Positions 8,051 through 17,994 of a DNA stretch of 64,000 nucleotides are shown here, piece after piece. The position numbers and the translations under genes were made by a program. The notes under the pieces were generated by a model that ran no database searches, was not told where the DNA came from, and saw only the letters and a program-made list of their open reading frames with translations. The stretch lies in the IMG/VR virus record IMGVR_UViG_3300031993_000006, positions 195,975-259,974 of that record. One strand, 5' to 3'. Source of the stretch: a virus. Taxonomy: Duplodnaviria > Caudoviricetes. How positions within the stretch are numbered: position 1 is the first letter of the stretch; each line of letters opens with the position of its first letter.

Positions 8051-8898
8051 TGAAGATTCTGATGATATCCGACCTTCATCTCGAAGGCTATACCGTGCTG
8101 TCCGACAACCCGAAGACTCTCCGTGACGAGTTCGAGCAGATATACGAGAAGATGTTTACCCCGGCTGATGCAGTGTGTATCGCGGGGGACATCGCCGAAT
8201 ACGAGATGCTGCAGGTGAACTTCCTGAAGTTCATATCCGAAAAGTATTCACAGGTGTACTATGTATTTGGCAACCACGAGCTGGTGGTGAAGCGGATATT
8301 CCCGCCCGAGAGGTTCAAGACATCCGAGCAGCGTATCCACTTTGTCAAGAATGCAATCAGCAACTACCCGAATATCCACATCCTTGATGGCACGGTTAGC
8401 CCCGACGGTCTCGTTGGTGGTACTATGGGAATGACCGACTTGCGCTACAAGGTGCCGAATCCGGTAAAGGGAAAGAAGCCGTTTAACCCGGCCTCCTATT
8501 GGAAGAACGGGTGGCATGATGGGCGTCACTGGAACTACTTTTCACAGAACATAGCTACTATATTCGACCACGAGATGGAGAAGCTCGCCGCGGTATGCGA
8601 GAAGCGTCCGCGGATAGTGATGACACATTTTTGCCCCGACCAGATTGGGGTTGCCGAGCAGTATGCTAATGACCCGGTATCCGCGATGTTCTACTTCAAT
8701 GCGGCCAAGTATCTTGAGATGCTCGACAATGGCACTATATGGTTGTGCGGACATACCCATTCGCAACGGGACACTACTTGGTCGAGTCTCGACCATAGCA
8801 AGAAAGTCCGGCTATTGTGCAACCCTGTGGGCCATCCGGAAGAAAGGAATCTTTTTGCGATATGCCGGAAAGAATCCGTATACCTATTGGATGTGTAG
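8047..8898 (+). CDS. Calcineurin-like metallophosphoesterase
   Basis: SDLH, AGD, GNHE, TH, GHTH, NPVG motifs. Confidence 0.92.
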   Translation: MMKILMISDLHLEGYTVLSDNPKTLRDEFEQIYEKMFTPADAVCIAGDIAEYEMLQVNFLKFISEKYSQVYYVFGNHELVVKRIFPPERFKTSEQRIHFVKNAISNYPNIHILDGTVSPDGLVGGTMGMTDLRYKVPNPVKGKKPFNPASYWKNGWHDGRHWNYFSQNIATIFDHEMEKLAAVCEKRPRIVMTHFCPDQIGVAEQYANDPVSAMFYFNAAKYLEMLDNGTIWLCGHTHSQRDTTWSSLDHSKKVRLLCNPVGHPEERNLFAICRKESVYLLDV

Positions 8899-8906
8899 GA
8901 GGCAAT

Positions 8907-9389
8907 ATGGCGTCTGAAGATGATGAATTTGGGTTGAGGGCGTCCCTTGCGAAGACGGAGAAGGAATATGCCGAAAGCGTGGCTCGGCGTGAACAGTGGG
9001 TCAAGGAGGCTAAACACCGGTTTGACGGTCGTTGGATTCGTAATACGATTAATGGGAACTTATATCAGGTTCTTGAGATAATCAAATGCGAGAACCCGTG
9101 GGTCGGTGGACATTTCAAGAATACACCATCGGAGTCCAAAACGAATATGCTCTATACGGTAAAGGTTGCTGCCGAGATTGACCCTAACTTTGAGGGGGTT
9201 AATCGGTATGATAATTTTGCTGAAGTCGGGATTTCGATTATGGACGGCAAGTGGGTAGTTGCCACTAAGCGTGAAGTCGCCAAGGCCGCAATGGAACTCT
9301 CGGATAAGATTAATGCGAAGATATCGAAAGAACTGGACACGGTTTCTACACTGATGACGATATACCGGTTGTCCAAGGGACTCACGTAG
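8907..9389 (+). CDS. Hypothetical protein
   Basis: GGAGG RBS, co-oriented ORF. Confidence 0.7.
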   Translation: MASEDDEFGLRASLAKTEKEYAESVARREQWVKEAKHRFDGRWIRNTINGNLYQVLEIIKCENPWVGGHFKNTPSESKTNMLYTVKVAAEIDPNFEGVNRYDNFAEVGISIMDGKWVVATKREVAKAAMELSDKINAKISKELDTVSTLMTIYRLSKGLT

Positions 9390-9449
9390 TTCTTTCAAAA
9401 TTGCTATATTTGAAATATCAAAAGGAGTTTTTATGAAAGGGATACTAAT

Positions 9450-9764
9450 ATGATTTCGGTAAGAGAAGCAGCAGAAAGTATTGCAGATGAATATTTCGGC
9501 AGGGGCCGTTCGGCATCATTGAAGGATGCCGATGCTATCGCCGATGGAATCAAGGAAGGTCTTAAGAAGCTGGGATGCTCCGATTCGATTGTTGATGACT
9601 TTGACGGTCCGCGTCGTAAGCATATCAGTGATTTGAATGATGCATCCGAACAGCTTATCGAGAAGTACCTTCACTCTGAACCGTCGGTTGGCGAAATCGA
9701 TATCTTGAAGCAGAGTATCGTTGACGCGGTTAAAAAGAACGGGTTTACCGGTATGATTTGGTGA
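9450..9764 (+). CDS. Hypothetical protein
   Basis: ORF after GCTATATTTG motif. Confidence 0.7.
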   Translation: MISVREAAESIADEYFGRGRSASLKDADAIADGIKEGLKKLGCSDSIVDDFDGPRRKHISDLNDASEQLIEKYLHSEPSVGEIDILKQSIVDAVKKNGFTGMIW

Positions 9765-9831
9765 GGCTGCCATAACAATTTGCTATCTTTGAATGTGGCC
9801 ACCGTGGCCACATTTTTTGTGAGAATATATT

Positions 9832-10140
9832 ATGATTGGATTTTTGATACATAACGCGATTGCTATCCGTATACGGCAGAAGCTGTTTGGGTGGAAGGTC
9901 GCCCAACGGCATGGGGTGGAGATTTGGTTCCAGAAGATTCGTGTGTACCCCGGGTATAGGGAATATGACTATGAGCCGATGCTTGAACGGGCTTGGATGA
10001 TTGCCAGGAAGAATAAGAAGAAGTTCCCTGGCTTGAAGGTGGCTGTGAAGGTCGAGACATTCTATTCCAGCGGACGACCGGGTATCGGTGTCCGTAAGGT
10101 TCACTATACTATAATGCCCTATAAGGAAGTATTTGGATGA
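9832..10140 (+). CDS. Hypothetical protein
   Basis: ORF with ATGA overlap to next gene. Confidence 0.6.
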   Translation: MIGFLIHNAIAIRIRQKLFGWKVAQRHGVEIWFQKIRVYPGYREYDYEPMLERAWMIARKNKKKFPGLKVAVKVETFYSSGRPGIGVRKVHYTIMPYKEVFG

Positions 10141-12101
10141 TTAATTCCGCCAAAGTTGATGCCGCTAGGGCTGCAATGCGCCGGTCAGCAATGATTATGT
10201 CCCGGGTAGTCCCTGGGATGCTCCCGGTGTATCTGTCGACTAGGCTCATACCGACAGAGGACCCGGAGGTACTGCTGCGCGTTGGCGTGGAGTGCGGGGT
10301 GGCCGTGATGGAGTTTAATGTGGATGTCGCCTTGAGGCTCGAAAAGTCGCTACTCGGGTCGCTCATCTATATGGGGTGCCTGAAGATAGGGTTGCATCAC
10401 TGTGACCAGCGAAAGCAGGAACCGATTGAGCTGCTCAAGCTTGCCAGTGATATCGTCGTAGCCGAATATGCCAAGAAGGTCGTCGATATATCTGTGGGGA
10501 GAAACTTGGAGATTCTGAACCAGCTGTTCCCCTCGTATATGAACTACTGGCAAGTTCTTAAGAAGCACGATTTCCACCCGGAAGTCGACCTCACCCTTGA
10601 AAAGCTGTTCAAGATTTTCAAGGAAGAGTATGCTGAAATGAAGAAGCAGATGCCTCAGGAAAGCGAGGACGAGAAAAAGGAAGAAAATCCTCAGACTAAT
10701 CAGGACGATTCTACCGAGGGCAAGAAGTCTAGCGATTCCAAGCAGGGAGAGGATGGAAAGGGAAAGGGAAAGCCGTCCGATAATCAGAAGGCTGATGGGA
10801 ATGAACAGCAGGGCGGTCAAGGTGGCAAGGGCGATTCCAAGGAAGGTTCTCCTGAAAGTAAGGGTCAGGAAGGCCAGGACGGAAAGGGCGAAAGCGACAG
10901 CAAGGAAGGCGAGTCCGGTAAGGATGGAAAGGACGGAAAGGGTGAGTCCGGCGGTAAAGGTGAATCGGAAGGTAGTAAGGATGGTAAAGGTGATTCCGAT
11001 GCCGATGGTTCCCCGGATGGCTCCAGTGATGAATCCGGGGATGAATCCGGCGAGCCGTCTAATGATGACTCGGTGGGGAAGCCTGACAGCAAGGGCGGAA
11101 ACGGCCAGCCTAGCGGGAATAATCCCCAAGACCAGCAGCCGCAGCAGAATGACACTCCGCAGGACAACGGACCGCAGGATTCCGGGATGGGTGGCGACGG
11201 TTCTAGCGGCGAGGGTGCCGATGGCGGTTCTCAGGCTGGAAACAAATCTGGCGACGGTGCTAGTGGTGACGGCGAGGGAACTGACGGTGACAAGACTGAT
11301 GGCGAGGGTGGTACCGAAAGCGAAAGCGGCGCCCCGGATTCTTCCAAGCAGGGTTCCGGTAGTGGCTCCCCGTCTGCCCCGAAGGATGACTTCTCTAGTA
11401 TGTCCAGATTCTTCTCATTGACCAACGCGGCCAATGACTTGGCTAAGTGGGACCAGGATGAACTTGCGCAGGATGCGACCAATGCCAAGGTAAGGGAAAG
11501 TTTGGATAAGGGCCTGTTTAATAAGTCCCGCAGTAACCTACCGATTATGCTGCGTAATGCAGCCCGTGTCAAGGTGGATACCACGGCGATGTTTAAGCAT
11601 TTTATGCGCAACCTCCAAGATGACGAGCCGATTGCCACTTGGAGTCGCAGGAACAGAAAGTACTTGAAGTATGGGATGATTGCCCCGGGCTACATCTATG
11701 ACGAGATACCGAAGATACTGTGCTGTATCGACGTGTCCGGCTCGATGTATCAGGGTAATGTCCTTGCAAACTGCCTTACGGTGATGGAGAATGCTCTTGA
11801 CGGGGTGTCTATCGACTTGGTATATTGGGATGCTGTCTGCAGTCCGATATTCAGTACGCTGAAGACGATATCGGAGATGGCTATTTACGGTGGCGGTCGG
11901 ACGGACCCCGACTGCGTTCTGCAGAAGCTTGGGCCAGAGCGTTTCAAGTATGACGGGCTGGTATTCATCACCGACTGCGTGTTTGAGTGGCCGGAACCGC
12001 CTAAGTCCAAGCAGATAATGATATTGCGCTCTAACGGGAATGCTCCGTTCCCGGACTGGTGCCGCTACACTGAAGACCTCGACACATTTATAGGTAATTG
12101 A
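10137..12101 (+). CDS. VWA domain protein with degenerate metallopeptidase-like N-terminus (DUF2201-like) and long G/S/D/E/K linker
   Basis: TWSRRNR, MIDAS DVSGSM, GGGRTD, ITD motifs. Confidence 0.85.
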   Translation: MINSAKVDAARAAMRRSAMIMSRVVPGMLPVYLSTRLIPTEDPEVLLRVGVECGVAVMEFNVDVALRLEKSLLGSLIYMGCLKIGLHHCDQRKQEPIELLKLASDIVVAEYAKKVVDISVGRNLEILNQLFPSYMNYWQVLKKHDFHPEVDLTLEKLFKIFKEEYAEMKKQMPQESEDEKKEENPQTNQDDSTEGKKSSDSKQGEDGKGKGKPSDNQKADGNEQQGGQGGKGDSKEGSPESKGQEGQDGKGESDSKEGESGKDGKDGKGESGGKGESEGSKDGKGDSDADGSPDGSSDESGDESGEPSNDDSVGKPDSKGGNGQPSGNNPQDQQPQQNDTPQDNGPQDSGMGGDGSSGEGADGGSQAGNKSGDGASGDGEGTDGDKTDGEGGTESESGAPDSSKQGSGSGSPSAPKDDFSSMSRFFSLTNAANDLAKWDQDELAQDATNAKVRESLDKGLFNKSRSNLPIMLRNAARVKVDTTAMFKHFMRNLQDDEPIATWSRRNRKYLKYGMIAPGYIYDEIPKILCCIDVSGSMYQGNVLANCLTVMENALDGVSIDLVYWDAVCSPIFSTLKTISEMAIYGGGRTDPDCVLQKLGPERFKYDGLVFITDCVFEWPEPPKSKQIMILRSNGNAPFPDWCRYTEDLDTFIGN

Positions 12102-12102
12102 G

Positions 12103-13332
12103 ATGCGAGAGATGGTTATTAAGGAGGCTTTGCAGTTCGATATGCTCAAGAGGGGCATTGAACTGGCAAAGAAGATTGAGTCATACGGATATAGCGCCAT
12201 GCTTGTCGGCGGGTGTGTAAGGGACCTTGTGCGCTGGACGATGAACCGGTGCGGCGAGCCGTCCTTTCATGATGTCGATATAGCGACCAACATGCCTATG
12301 GATGAACTCTATAAGCACTTTACCTGTGCGAGCAACAATGGGGAAGCCCACGGGACCATCCTTGTCCAGCACGACAGGGTGTATTTCGAGGTAACCCAGT
12401 ACCGTAGCGACGGCGCATATGAGGACGGTAGGCACCCTTCCGAAGTTAAGTGGGCGGAAACTTTCGAGGAGGATTCCCGTCGTAGGGATTTCACTATGAA
12501 CGCCCTTGGGCTTGATACCGGGTGTAAGGTAATCGACTACCATATGGGCATCGACTCGATATATGTCCGTACAGTAGCGACGGTAGGTGATGCCGCTGAC
12601 CGGTTCGGTGAGGATGCGTTGCGCATACTTAGGGCTTGCCGATTTGCCGCCCGCTTTGATTATCGGATGGAACCGCATATGAAGCAGGTCGCTAATGATA
12701 TGGCAGACCGCCTGGAAAAGATTTCGATGGAGCGTATCCACGACGAGTTCTGTAAGTGTGCCGAGTACGGGGTGCGTCCATTCTGCCGCATGCTGGATTT
12801 ACTCGATGGGCCTATCGGAAAGTCCATTTGTTCGGACATCGACTGGTGCATGGCATTTACCCGGTTCAACCGTCTGCAGTACAGTCATTGGGAGGTTGGG
12901 TATTTGTTCCCGTTGCTGCTGGAGAATATTGCTCAGTTCCGCAAGTTTAAGTGCAGTACCGAGGATATGGCCGCGTTCCGGTTTATCCAGAAGTACTACC
13001 CGAAGTATATCGCGGGTACCCTTGATTTCGTCGATATGGTCGAGGGGATGAAGAGTCCATATTGGGAAGTGTTCCGCGCATACATTAAGTCACGGTTGGA
13101 CGGAGTAGCTATCTCGCGCAAGCACGAAGAAAAGGTGAAGGCTATCGGTGCGCTGCACCCCGATGAGGGTGATATCTCACAGCTGATGCTGGATAACGGT
13201 TGGAATCCGGGTCCTGCGTTCGGCGTGGTACGCCGGGCGGTAAGGCTTGCCGTATTGACTGAAATGTACGAGGGGCGGACGCCGGACAATGAGTGGATAT
13301 TGGATAAACTGAGTACGTTTACGAAGGTATAG
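12103..13332 (+). CDS. cca: tRNA nucleotidyltransferase (class II CCA-adding enzyme family)
   Basis: VGGCVRD, DVDIAT, EVTQYR, RRDFTMNAL, RFGEDALRILRACRF, SMERIHDE. Confidence 0.92.
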   Translation: MREMVIKEALQFDMLKRGIELAKKIESYGYSAMLVGGCVRDLVRWTMNRCGEPSFHDVDIATNMPMDELYKHFTCASNNGEAHGTILVQHDRVYFEVTQYRSDGAYEDGRHPSEVKWAETFEEDSRRRDFTMNALGLDTGCKVIDYHMGIDSIYVRTVATVGDAADRFGEDALRILRACRFAARFDYRMEPHMKQVANDMADRLEKISMERIHDEFCKCAEYGVRPFCRMLDLLDGPIGKSICSDIDWCMAFTRFNRLQYSHWEVGYLFPLLLENIAQFRKFKCSTEDMAAFRFIQKYYPKYIAGTLDFVDMVEGMKSPYWEVFRAYIKSRLDGVAISRKHEEKVKAIGALHPDEGDISQLMLDNGWNPGPAFGVVRRAVRLAVLTEMYEGRTPDNEWILDKLSTFTKV

Positions 13333-13336
13333 CTCT

Positions 13337-13627
13337 ATGTTGATGTTCATTCTCGGAATCATCTGTTTTGTCCTCAGTATTGCCGGCGCTCTGGCATTTG
13401 CGTTCAACCTATTGCCGCAGTTCATTGATGCCTGCAAGACGAAGAAGACCGGACTTACCGATGGGTATTTTGTGTTGGCGTTCATTGGGAACATCGGGTC
13501 TGCTGCGGGGGTATTCTGGAATAACCTGCAGACCGGGGTGTGGCAGTGGCCGCTCTACGGGAACTACCTGGTGGCGTTCTCGTTCACCCTTGCGCTGTTC
13601 ATTATGCGTATCAAGTACAAAAAGTGA
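13337..13627 (+). CDS. PQ-loop / SemiSWEET-like small membrane protein
   Basis: LLPQ motif, three hydrophobic helices. Confidence 0.8.
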   Translation: MLMFILGIICFVLSIAGALAFAFNLLPQFIDACKTKKTGLTDGYFVLAFIGNIGSAAGVFWNNLQTGVWQWPLYGNYLVAFSFTLALFIMRIKYKK

Positions 13628-13705
13628 GAAAAAATTAACCCGGCCGTCGGCGCCGGGTTTTTCATTTGCTATATTTCTAATAGAACCTATGGAGAATTAT
13701 AGCCG

Positions 13706-14983
13706 ATGAGTGAAGAGTATTTAGGCGGTATTGCCGGCCGGGACGGCATATCGTTCGCTCAGTTTTATGATTTGATGGAAGTTTGTGGTCCGGGTACCGC
13801 CGTCCTTATGGAGGGCGAGACGGGTATCGGTAAGTCTACTGTTGCTGCCCATTTTGCTCGGGATATCGTCAAGCTTCCTTTATGTACGATTCAGGTGTCC
13901 GAAAGTACGGATATGACCGATGTGTTCGGTTTGCCTGACATCGATGGTGACCATACCATCTACAAACCGCCTTCATGGTATATACCGGGTCAGAAGTGTG
14001 TCCTGTTTATGGATGAAGTCAACCGTAACAAGGTTGTTATGAAGGGCCTTATGCGCCTTGCTACTGACGGGCGTATCGGTGACATTCAGCTGCCTGAAGG
14101 TAGCTATATCCTTGCAGCTATCAACCCCGAATATGGCAATATGTATCAGGTCGTCGAGATGGACCCGGCACATCGCGCCCGTTTCCAGGTTGCGTTGCTC
14201 AAGCCGACCGTCGACGAGTGGATTAGCCATGCCACGGAAGAGGGTGTTCCTGATATTATTACCCGATACGTAAAAAACCATCCGGATGACTTGGATACTT
14301 ATGCCGATACGCGTAATGTTGCGCAGGCCAAGGGTAAGTACTATCATCATGTCCTCCCGTGCCGCCGCCAGTGGAGCGAGTTTGCTAAGGAGATGGTTCG
14401 TGGCGAGAATTTCCGCAATACTGGCAAGTCTAGGTTTGACCCTATGCTGTATGATGATGCGGAGAATTTCCTTTATGCGGTTGCCGCTGGCCGTCTTGGT
14501 GTAGGCGTCGCCACAAAATTTGTCAAGTATTATTACATCATGAAGGGCTGCCAGACTGAAATAACAGCGGAGAAGCTGTTGTTTGGAACGGATAAGGAAT
14601 GGAAGAGTGATGGCCCACTCGTAAAGACTTTGCAGACATTGGCTGAGAAGGATATGAATTCCCTCACTGTGCTTGGCGAAGAATTATTCGGGTTGATAAA
14701 GGACAACGAGCCGGATATGTGGAATGCAAAGCATAATGGCCATAGCGACCGGGCTGTCAAGTTTGCGGTAAATACATATAAGTTTTTAAAGCTTGTTCCG
14801 CCCGAAGTACTGAGTAGCCTTTACTATACTTGTATACGGCCGGCATCTGATTATGTCGACGAGGCGAAGGAAAAGGCAGCTAAATATGGCGTGGTAGACG
14901 ACGCCCCGAGATGGCCGAGGTTGTTGTGCCGGGCATTGCCTAAGCTCAATACTTTGCTGGACGAAGTAATCTTGCACGACTAG
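13706..14983 (+). CDS. MoxR-like AAA+ ATPase
   Basis: GETGIGKS, DVFGLP, LFMDEVNR, AAINP, MDPAHRARF. Confidence 0.9.
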   Translation: MSEEYLGGIAGRDGISFAQFYDLMEVCGPGTAVLMEGETGIGKSTVAAHFARDIVKLPLCTIQVSESTDMTDVFGLPDIDGDHTIYKPPSWYIPGQKCVLFMDEVNRNKVVMKGLMRLATDGRIGDIQLPEGSYILAAINPEYGNMYQVVEMDPAHRARFQVALLKPTVDEWISHATEEGVPDIITRYVKNHPDDLDTYADTRNVAQAKGKYYHHVLPCRRQWSEFAKEMVRGENFRNTGKSRFDPMLYDDAENFLYAVAAGRLGVGVATKFVKYYYIMKGCQTEITAEKLLFGTDKEWKSDGPLVKTLQTLAEKDMNSLTVLGEELFGLIKDNEPDMWNAKHNGHSDRAVKFAVNTYKFLKLVPPEVLSSLYYTCIRPASDYVDEAKEKAAKYGVVDDAPRWPRLLCRALPKLNTLLDEVILHD

Positions 14984-14996
14984 TAAGGAGAGTGAT

Positions 14997-15572
14997 ATGG
15001 GAACCGATGAAGAGCAGAATCAGGAACTTGTTTGTACTCCGGACAATAAATCCGGAATTACCCGTGTCGAGAGTCTTGATGAGGAAGATTACATTACCCC
15101 GTTGACCTCGGACGAGATTTCGTCCTTTATGGCCGAAATGCGGAAGAAGTACAGCGCTCTAGTAGTTGACCGTATAGAAGAAACGGGCGAGCACGACGAG
15201 GAAACCGGTGGCCGCAATATCGTGGTTATCGACGGTATGGAAGATGCTATGATTGGCACGGTAAACATCCCGCTTGACAAATCAAAGCTTGCCAAGGATA
15301 AGCAGGGAAAGTACTACGGGAAATCCGAGTCCGAAATACCGGGTAGCATATGCGTGGCAGTGTACGAGGAAGAACTTTGTGTCGAGGCTCTAGCTCGGAA
15401 GTATATAAAGAGCGGCGATTATGAGACCGAAGAGAAAGCCTACGAGGCCGCACGGGAAAATTTCGGATATAATACGGTGGGTTACTACCCGAATTGGAAA
15501 CAGCGCGCCCCGCTGATGATTCGCGGGTTCAATGTGGACCGAGACAAGTGGGAGGCTTTCCTAGATGCCTAA
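14997..15572 (+). CDS. Hypothetical phage protein
   Basis: DGMEDAMIG...VAVY...YNTVG pattern resembling uncharacterised phage proteins. Confidence 0.7.
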   Translation: MGTDEEQNQELVCTPDNKSGITRVESLDEEDYITPLTSDEISSFMAEMRKKYSALVVDRIEETGEHDEETGGRNIVVIDGMEDAMIGTVNIPLDKSKLAKDKQGKYYGKSESEIPGSICVAVYEEELCVEALARKYIKSGDYETEEKAYEAARENFGYNTVGYYPNWKQRAPLMIRGFNVDRDKWEAFLDA

Positions 15573-16251
15573 TGCAATAAGTTACGAGCGTGTGTTGCAG
15601 ATTGCCCGTTCATTGGGCTTTAGTCTGTCTAAGAATGCTGTCGGGCCGGCATTGGTATACCGTTCCAGTCTCGGCATCGTCAGGGAATTTACTGTTCCTT
15701 GGCTCCAGCAGGGGAAGTTCTACCCTGATGACCAGGTTCGAAGCCAGTTAGAGGGGATGCACAAGTCAGCGAAGGCCGAGGACGATATCGTCATTTTCCT
15801 GAAGAATCAGTCGAATGTCGATGCAATCAATGAAGCCTGCGTTGAGTTCGGAATGGTGTACGACCAGGAAGACCGGCGGTTCTACTATGTAGTCAACCAT
15901 GTGGCTCTGTTCGGCCTAGACCACGACTATATTGCCAGCCTGTTGCTTACCAAGTCTGCGTCCGTGATGGACCTGATGTGCGCCGACTCTAAAGATGGGA
16001 AGTTGCCGGCTATGAATATGGGTAACTCCAAGGAAGTCATCAAGACCGCCGTGAAGTCTATCCTCGCCGCCCACAAGATGGACGCCGAGGAGAGCCGGAA
16101 GAATACCCGTGCTGCTTCCGGGGAGGACCTGGTGGGCAAGCCGATTAAGGGGACGCTTAAGAAGAAACCTGAACCGACCAAGGTGGCCACTCCGGCCAAG
16201 AAGAGGACCAATGCTAAGTCTGCTAACAAAAACAAAAAGAAAAAGAAGTGA
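15565..16251 (+). CDS. Hypothetical protein with basic tail
   Basis: Overlapping operon ORF. Confidence 0.7.
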   Translation: MPNAISYERVLQIARSLGFSLSKNAVGPALVYRSSLGIVREFTVPWLQQGKFYPDDQVRSQLEGMHKSAKAEDDIVIFLKNQSNVDAINEACVEFGMVYDQEDRRFYYVVNHVALFGLDHDYIASLLLTKSASVMDLMCADSKDGKLPAMNMGNSKEVIKTAVKSILAAHKMDAEESRKNTRAASGEDLVGKPIKGTLKKKPEPTKVATPAKKRTNAKSANKNKKKKK

Positions 16252-16702
16252 GCTTCCATCGCTTACCATCGCGGTTGATTTTGACGGGACGCTCGCGCAC
16301 GGCGCTTGGCCGTTCATCAACGAGCGGTCTAAGTGGAATGACATACTGGCCAAGTGGCTGGTCCGTCAGCGGGACACGAAGGGGGATACCCTTCTTCTAT
16401 GGACATGCCGCGAGAACTACGGCGGGGTGAACTATCCGGACGGCGAGTACCTCGATATGGCGGTATCCTACTGTGGTGAGCACAAGCTGTTCTTCAGTGG
16501 AATCAATGTGTCCAAGGGGGAAACGGTAGGGGAGTACCAGCTGGGTTCCAGGCGCTTCGGGCGGAAGATAATGGCCGATGTCTATATCGACGATAAGTCG
16601 CTCCCGTTTAGCCCCAACGGGTTCCTGTCGGGTCTAAAGTGGCGAATATACCTATGGATGCTAGGCAGACGGATGCGAAAGATGCGTATCGCCAAGCAGT
16701 AA
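16211..16702 (+). CDS. HAD-superfamily protein
   Basis: IAVDFDGTL, LWTCR, KIMADVYIDDK. Confidence 0.85.
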   Translation: MLSLLTKTKRKRSELPSLTIAVDFDGTLAHGAWPFINERSKWNDILAKWLVRQRDTKGDTLLLWTCRENYGGVNYPDGEYLDMAVSYCGEHKLFFSGINVSKGETVGEYQLGSRRFGRKIMADVYIDDKSLPFSPNGFLSGLKWRIYLWMLGRRMRKMRIAKQ

Positions 16703-16778
16703 TGAACTATGACCGCTCCACGAGGGGCGGTTTTTGCTATATTTGGTATTAGGCGAATACAAGTAAAATTAAAGAACG

Positions 16779-17132
16779 ATGTCACACAAAGATAGACATA
16801 ATTCCGAATCCAATCAGGATAACAAGGAATTACGCAAAGAAATCGAAAGGCTCCGCAAGGTTATCGACAATATGCGGAGTCGTTCGGGTGTATATGAATT
16901 AAAGTATACTATTGAAGACGGCGAGGTCGTCAAGACATTCCGCACTACCTACTGGAAGCGCAAGGATGCGATGAACGACCTTGGCGTATATGGACGAAAG
17001 TTCGACAAGAACTCAAAGAATCATACAACCGCACAGCCTAACAACGTGTCGCCCAAGAAGACCGTGTTGAAGTTCACTCGGGAAGACGGGTCTACATTTG
17101 ATGGGTATGTCTTACGAATAAAACCAATATGA
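16779..17132 (+). CDS. Hypothetical protein
   Basis: ORF after GCTATATTTG motif. Confidence 0.7.
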   Translation: MSHKDRHNSESNQDNKELRKEIERLRKVIDNMRSRSGVYELKYTIEDGEVVKTFRTTYWKRKDAMNDLGVYGRKFDKNSKNHTTAQPNNVSPKKTVLKFTREDGSTFDGYVLRIKPI

Positions 17133-17142
17133 GGATAACATT

Positions 17143-17685
17143 ATGCCAGTACCTCTTTCTCGAATTATGAAACTAGGAACTCCGAAAATGGACTTGGCCC
17201 CCGGCGCCTATCCGGCTCACATTGTAGCAGTGGTGTATCCGAAGGAACCCAACGGTACTTGCCGTCGTACTTTCGGTGAATTTCTCCTCCAGGTACACAA
17301 GGGGGATGGGGTGTGCTATGTTCCTACAAAACTGTTTGACATTTCGATTAATGAGCAGAGCCCGATGTTCCACTTGCTGAGTGGTCTTACGGGTACTCAC
17401 AACAGTACTGAGCTGTTCAAGTGGCTCCAGAAAAAGAACATGCTTGGTGAAGATGAATTTGACGAAACCAACTTCCTTGGCTCGCCGGTACTGGCCCAGG
17501 TTGACCGTCTTACAAGGAATAGCGACAAGTACCCAGGAACATACAATGTCGTTACCGGGTTCGCTCCGCTTCCAAGCCATCTAGAACCTAACTTGGTGAC
17601 CGACAGGTTAATCCCGTACAGCTTTGCCAAATTTGACAAGTTTGTAATTGAAAAATTACCCGAACTTGATATCGATAACGGGTAG
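17143..17685 (+). CDS. Hypothetical protein, possible OB-fold/ssDNA-binding family
   Basis: PGAYPAHIVAVV...LG.PV...YNVV pattern. Confidence 0.55.
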   Translation: MPVPLSRIMKLGTPKMDLAPGAYPAHIVAVVYPKEPNGTCRRTFGEFLLQVHKGDGVCYVPTKLFDISINEQSPMFHLLSGLTGTHNSTELFKWLQKKNMLGEDEFDETNFLGSPVLAQVDRLTRNSDKYPGTYNVVTGFAPLPSHLEPNLVTDRLIPYSFAKFDKFVIEKLPELDIDNG

Positions 17686-17688
17686 TGG

Positions 17689-17994
17689 ATGGCTAACGAT
17701 GGACCTGAAATGGTGATTGCCGATGCCATGATGCAGATGTGCGACGGCATCCACCATACAACAAAGATGATGTCCTTGGGAAAGGACAATAAGATTGCCT
17801 ATCTCGAACTCGACCAGTTGAAGGACGATATGGGCAAGAAGCTTACTCGAATGAGCCGAAAGGATTTCCTCGACCGCATAGAGGCTGCCGGGGCGACCGA
17901 CGGGGATATGGAGAGGGTATACGGCGAATATAACTCGTATGCGATTGCACCCGAGACTGGTGAACTTTTTGCATGGTACAACAATGACAGATAA
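17689..17994 (+). CDS. Hypothetical protein
   Basis: Operon ORF. Confidence 0.65.
   Translation: MANDGPEMVIADAMMQMCDGIHHTTKMMSLGKDNKIAYLELDQLKDDMGKKLTRMSRKDFLDRIEAAGATDGDMERVYGEYNSYAIAPETGELFAWYNNDR

Noticed and set aside
10350-11638. Long overlapping or antisense ORFs over the VWA gene (and similar shadows elsewhere)
   Set aside because: By-products of low-complexity, GC-rich coding sequence; no RBS or motifs.
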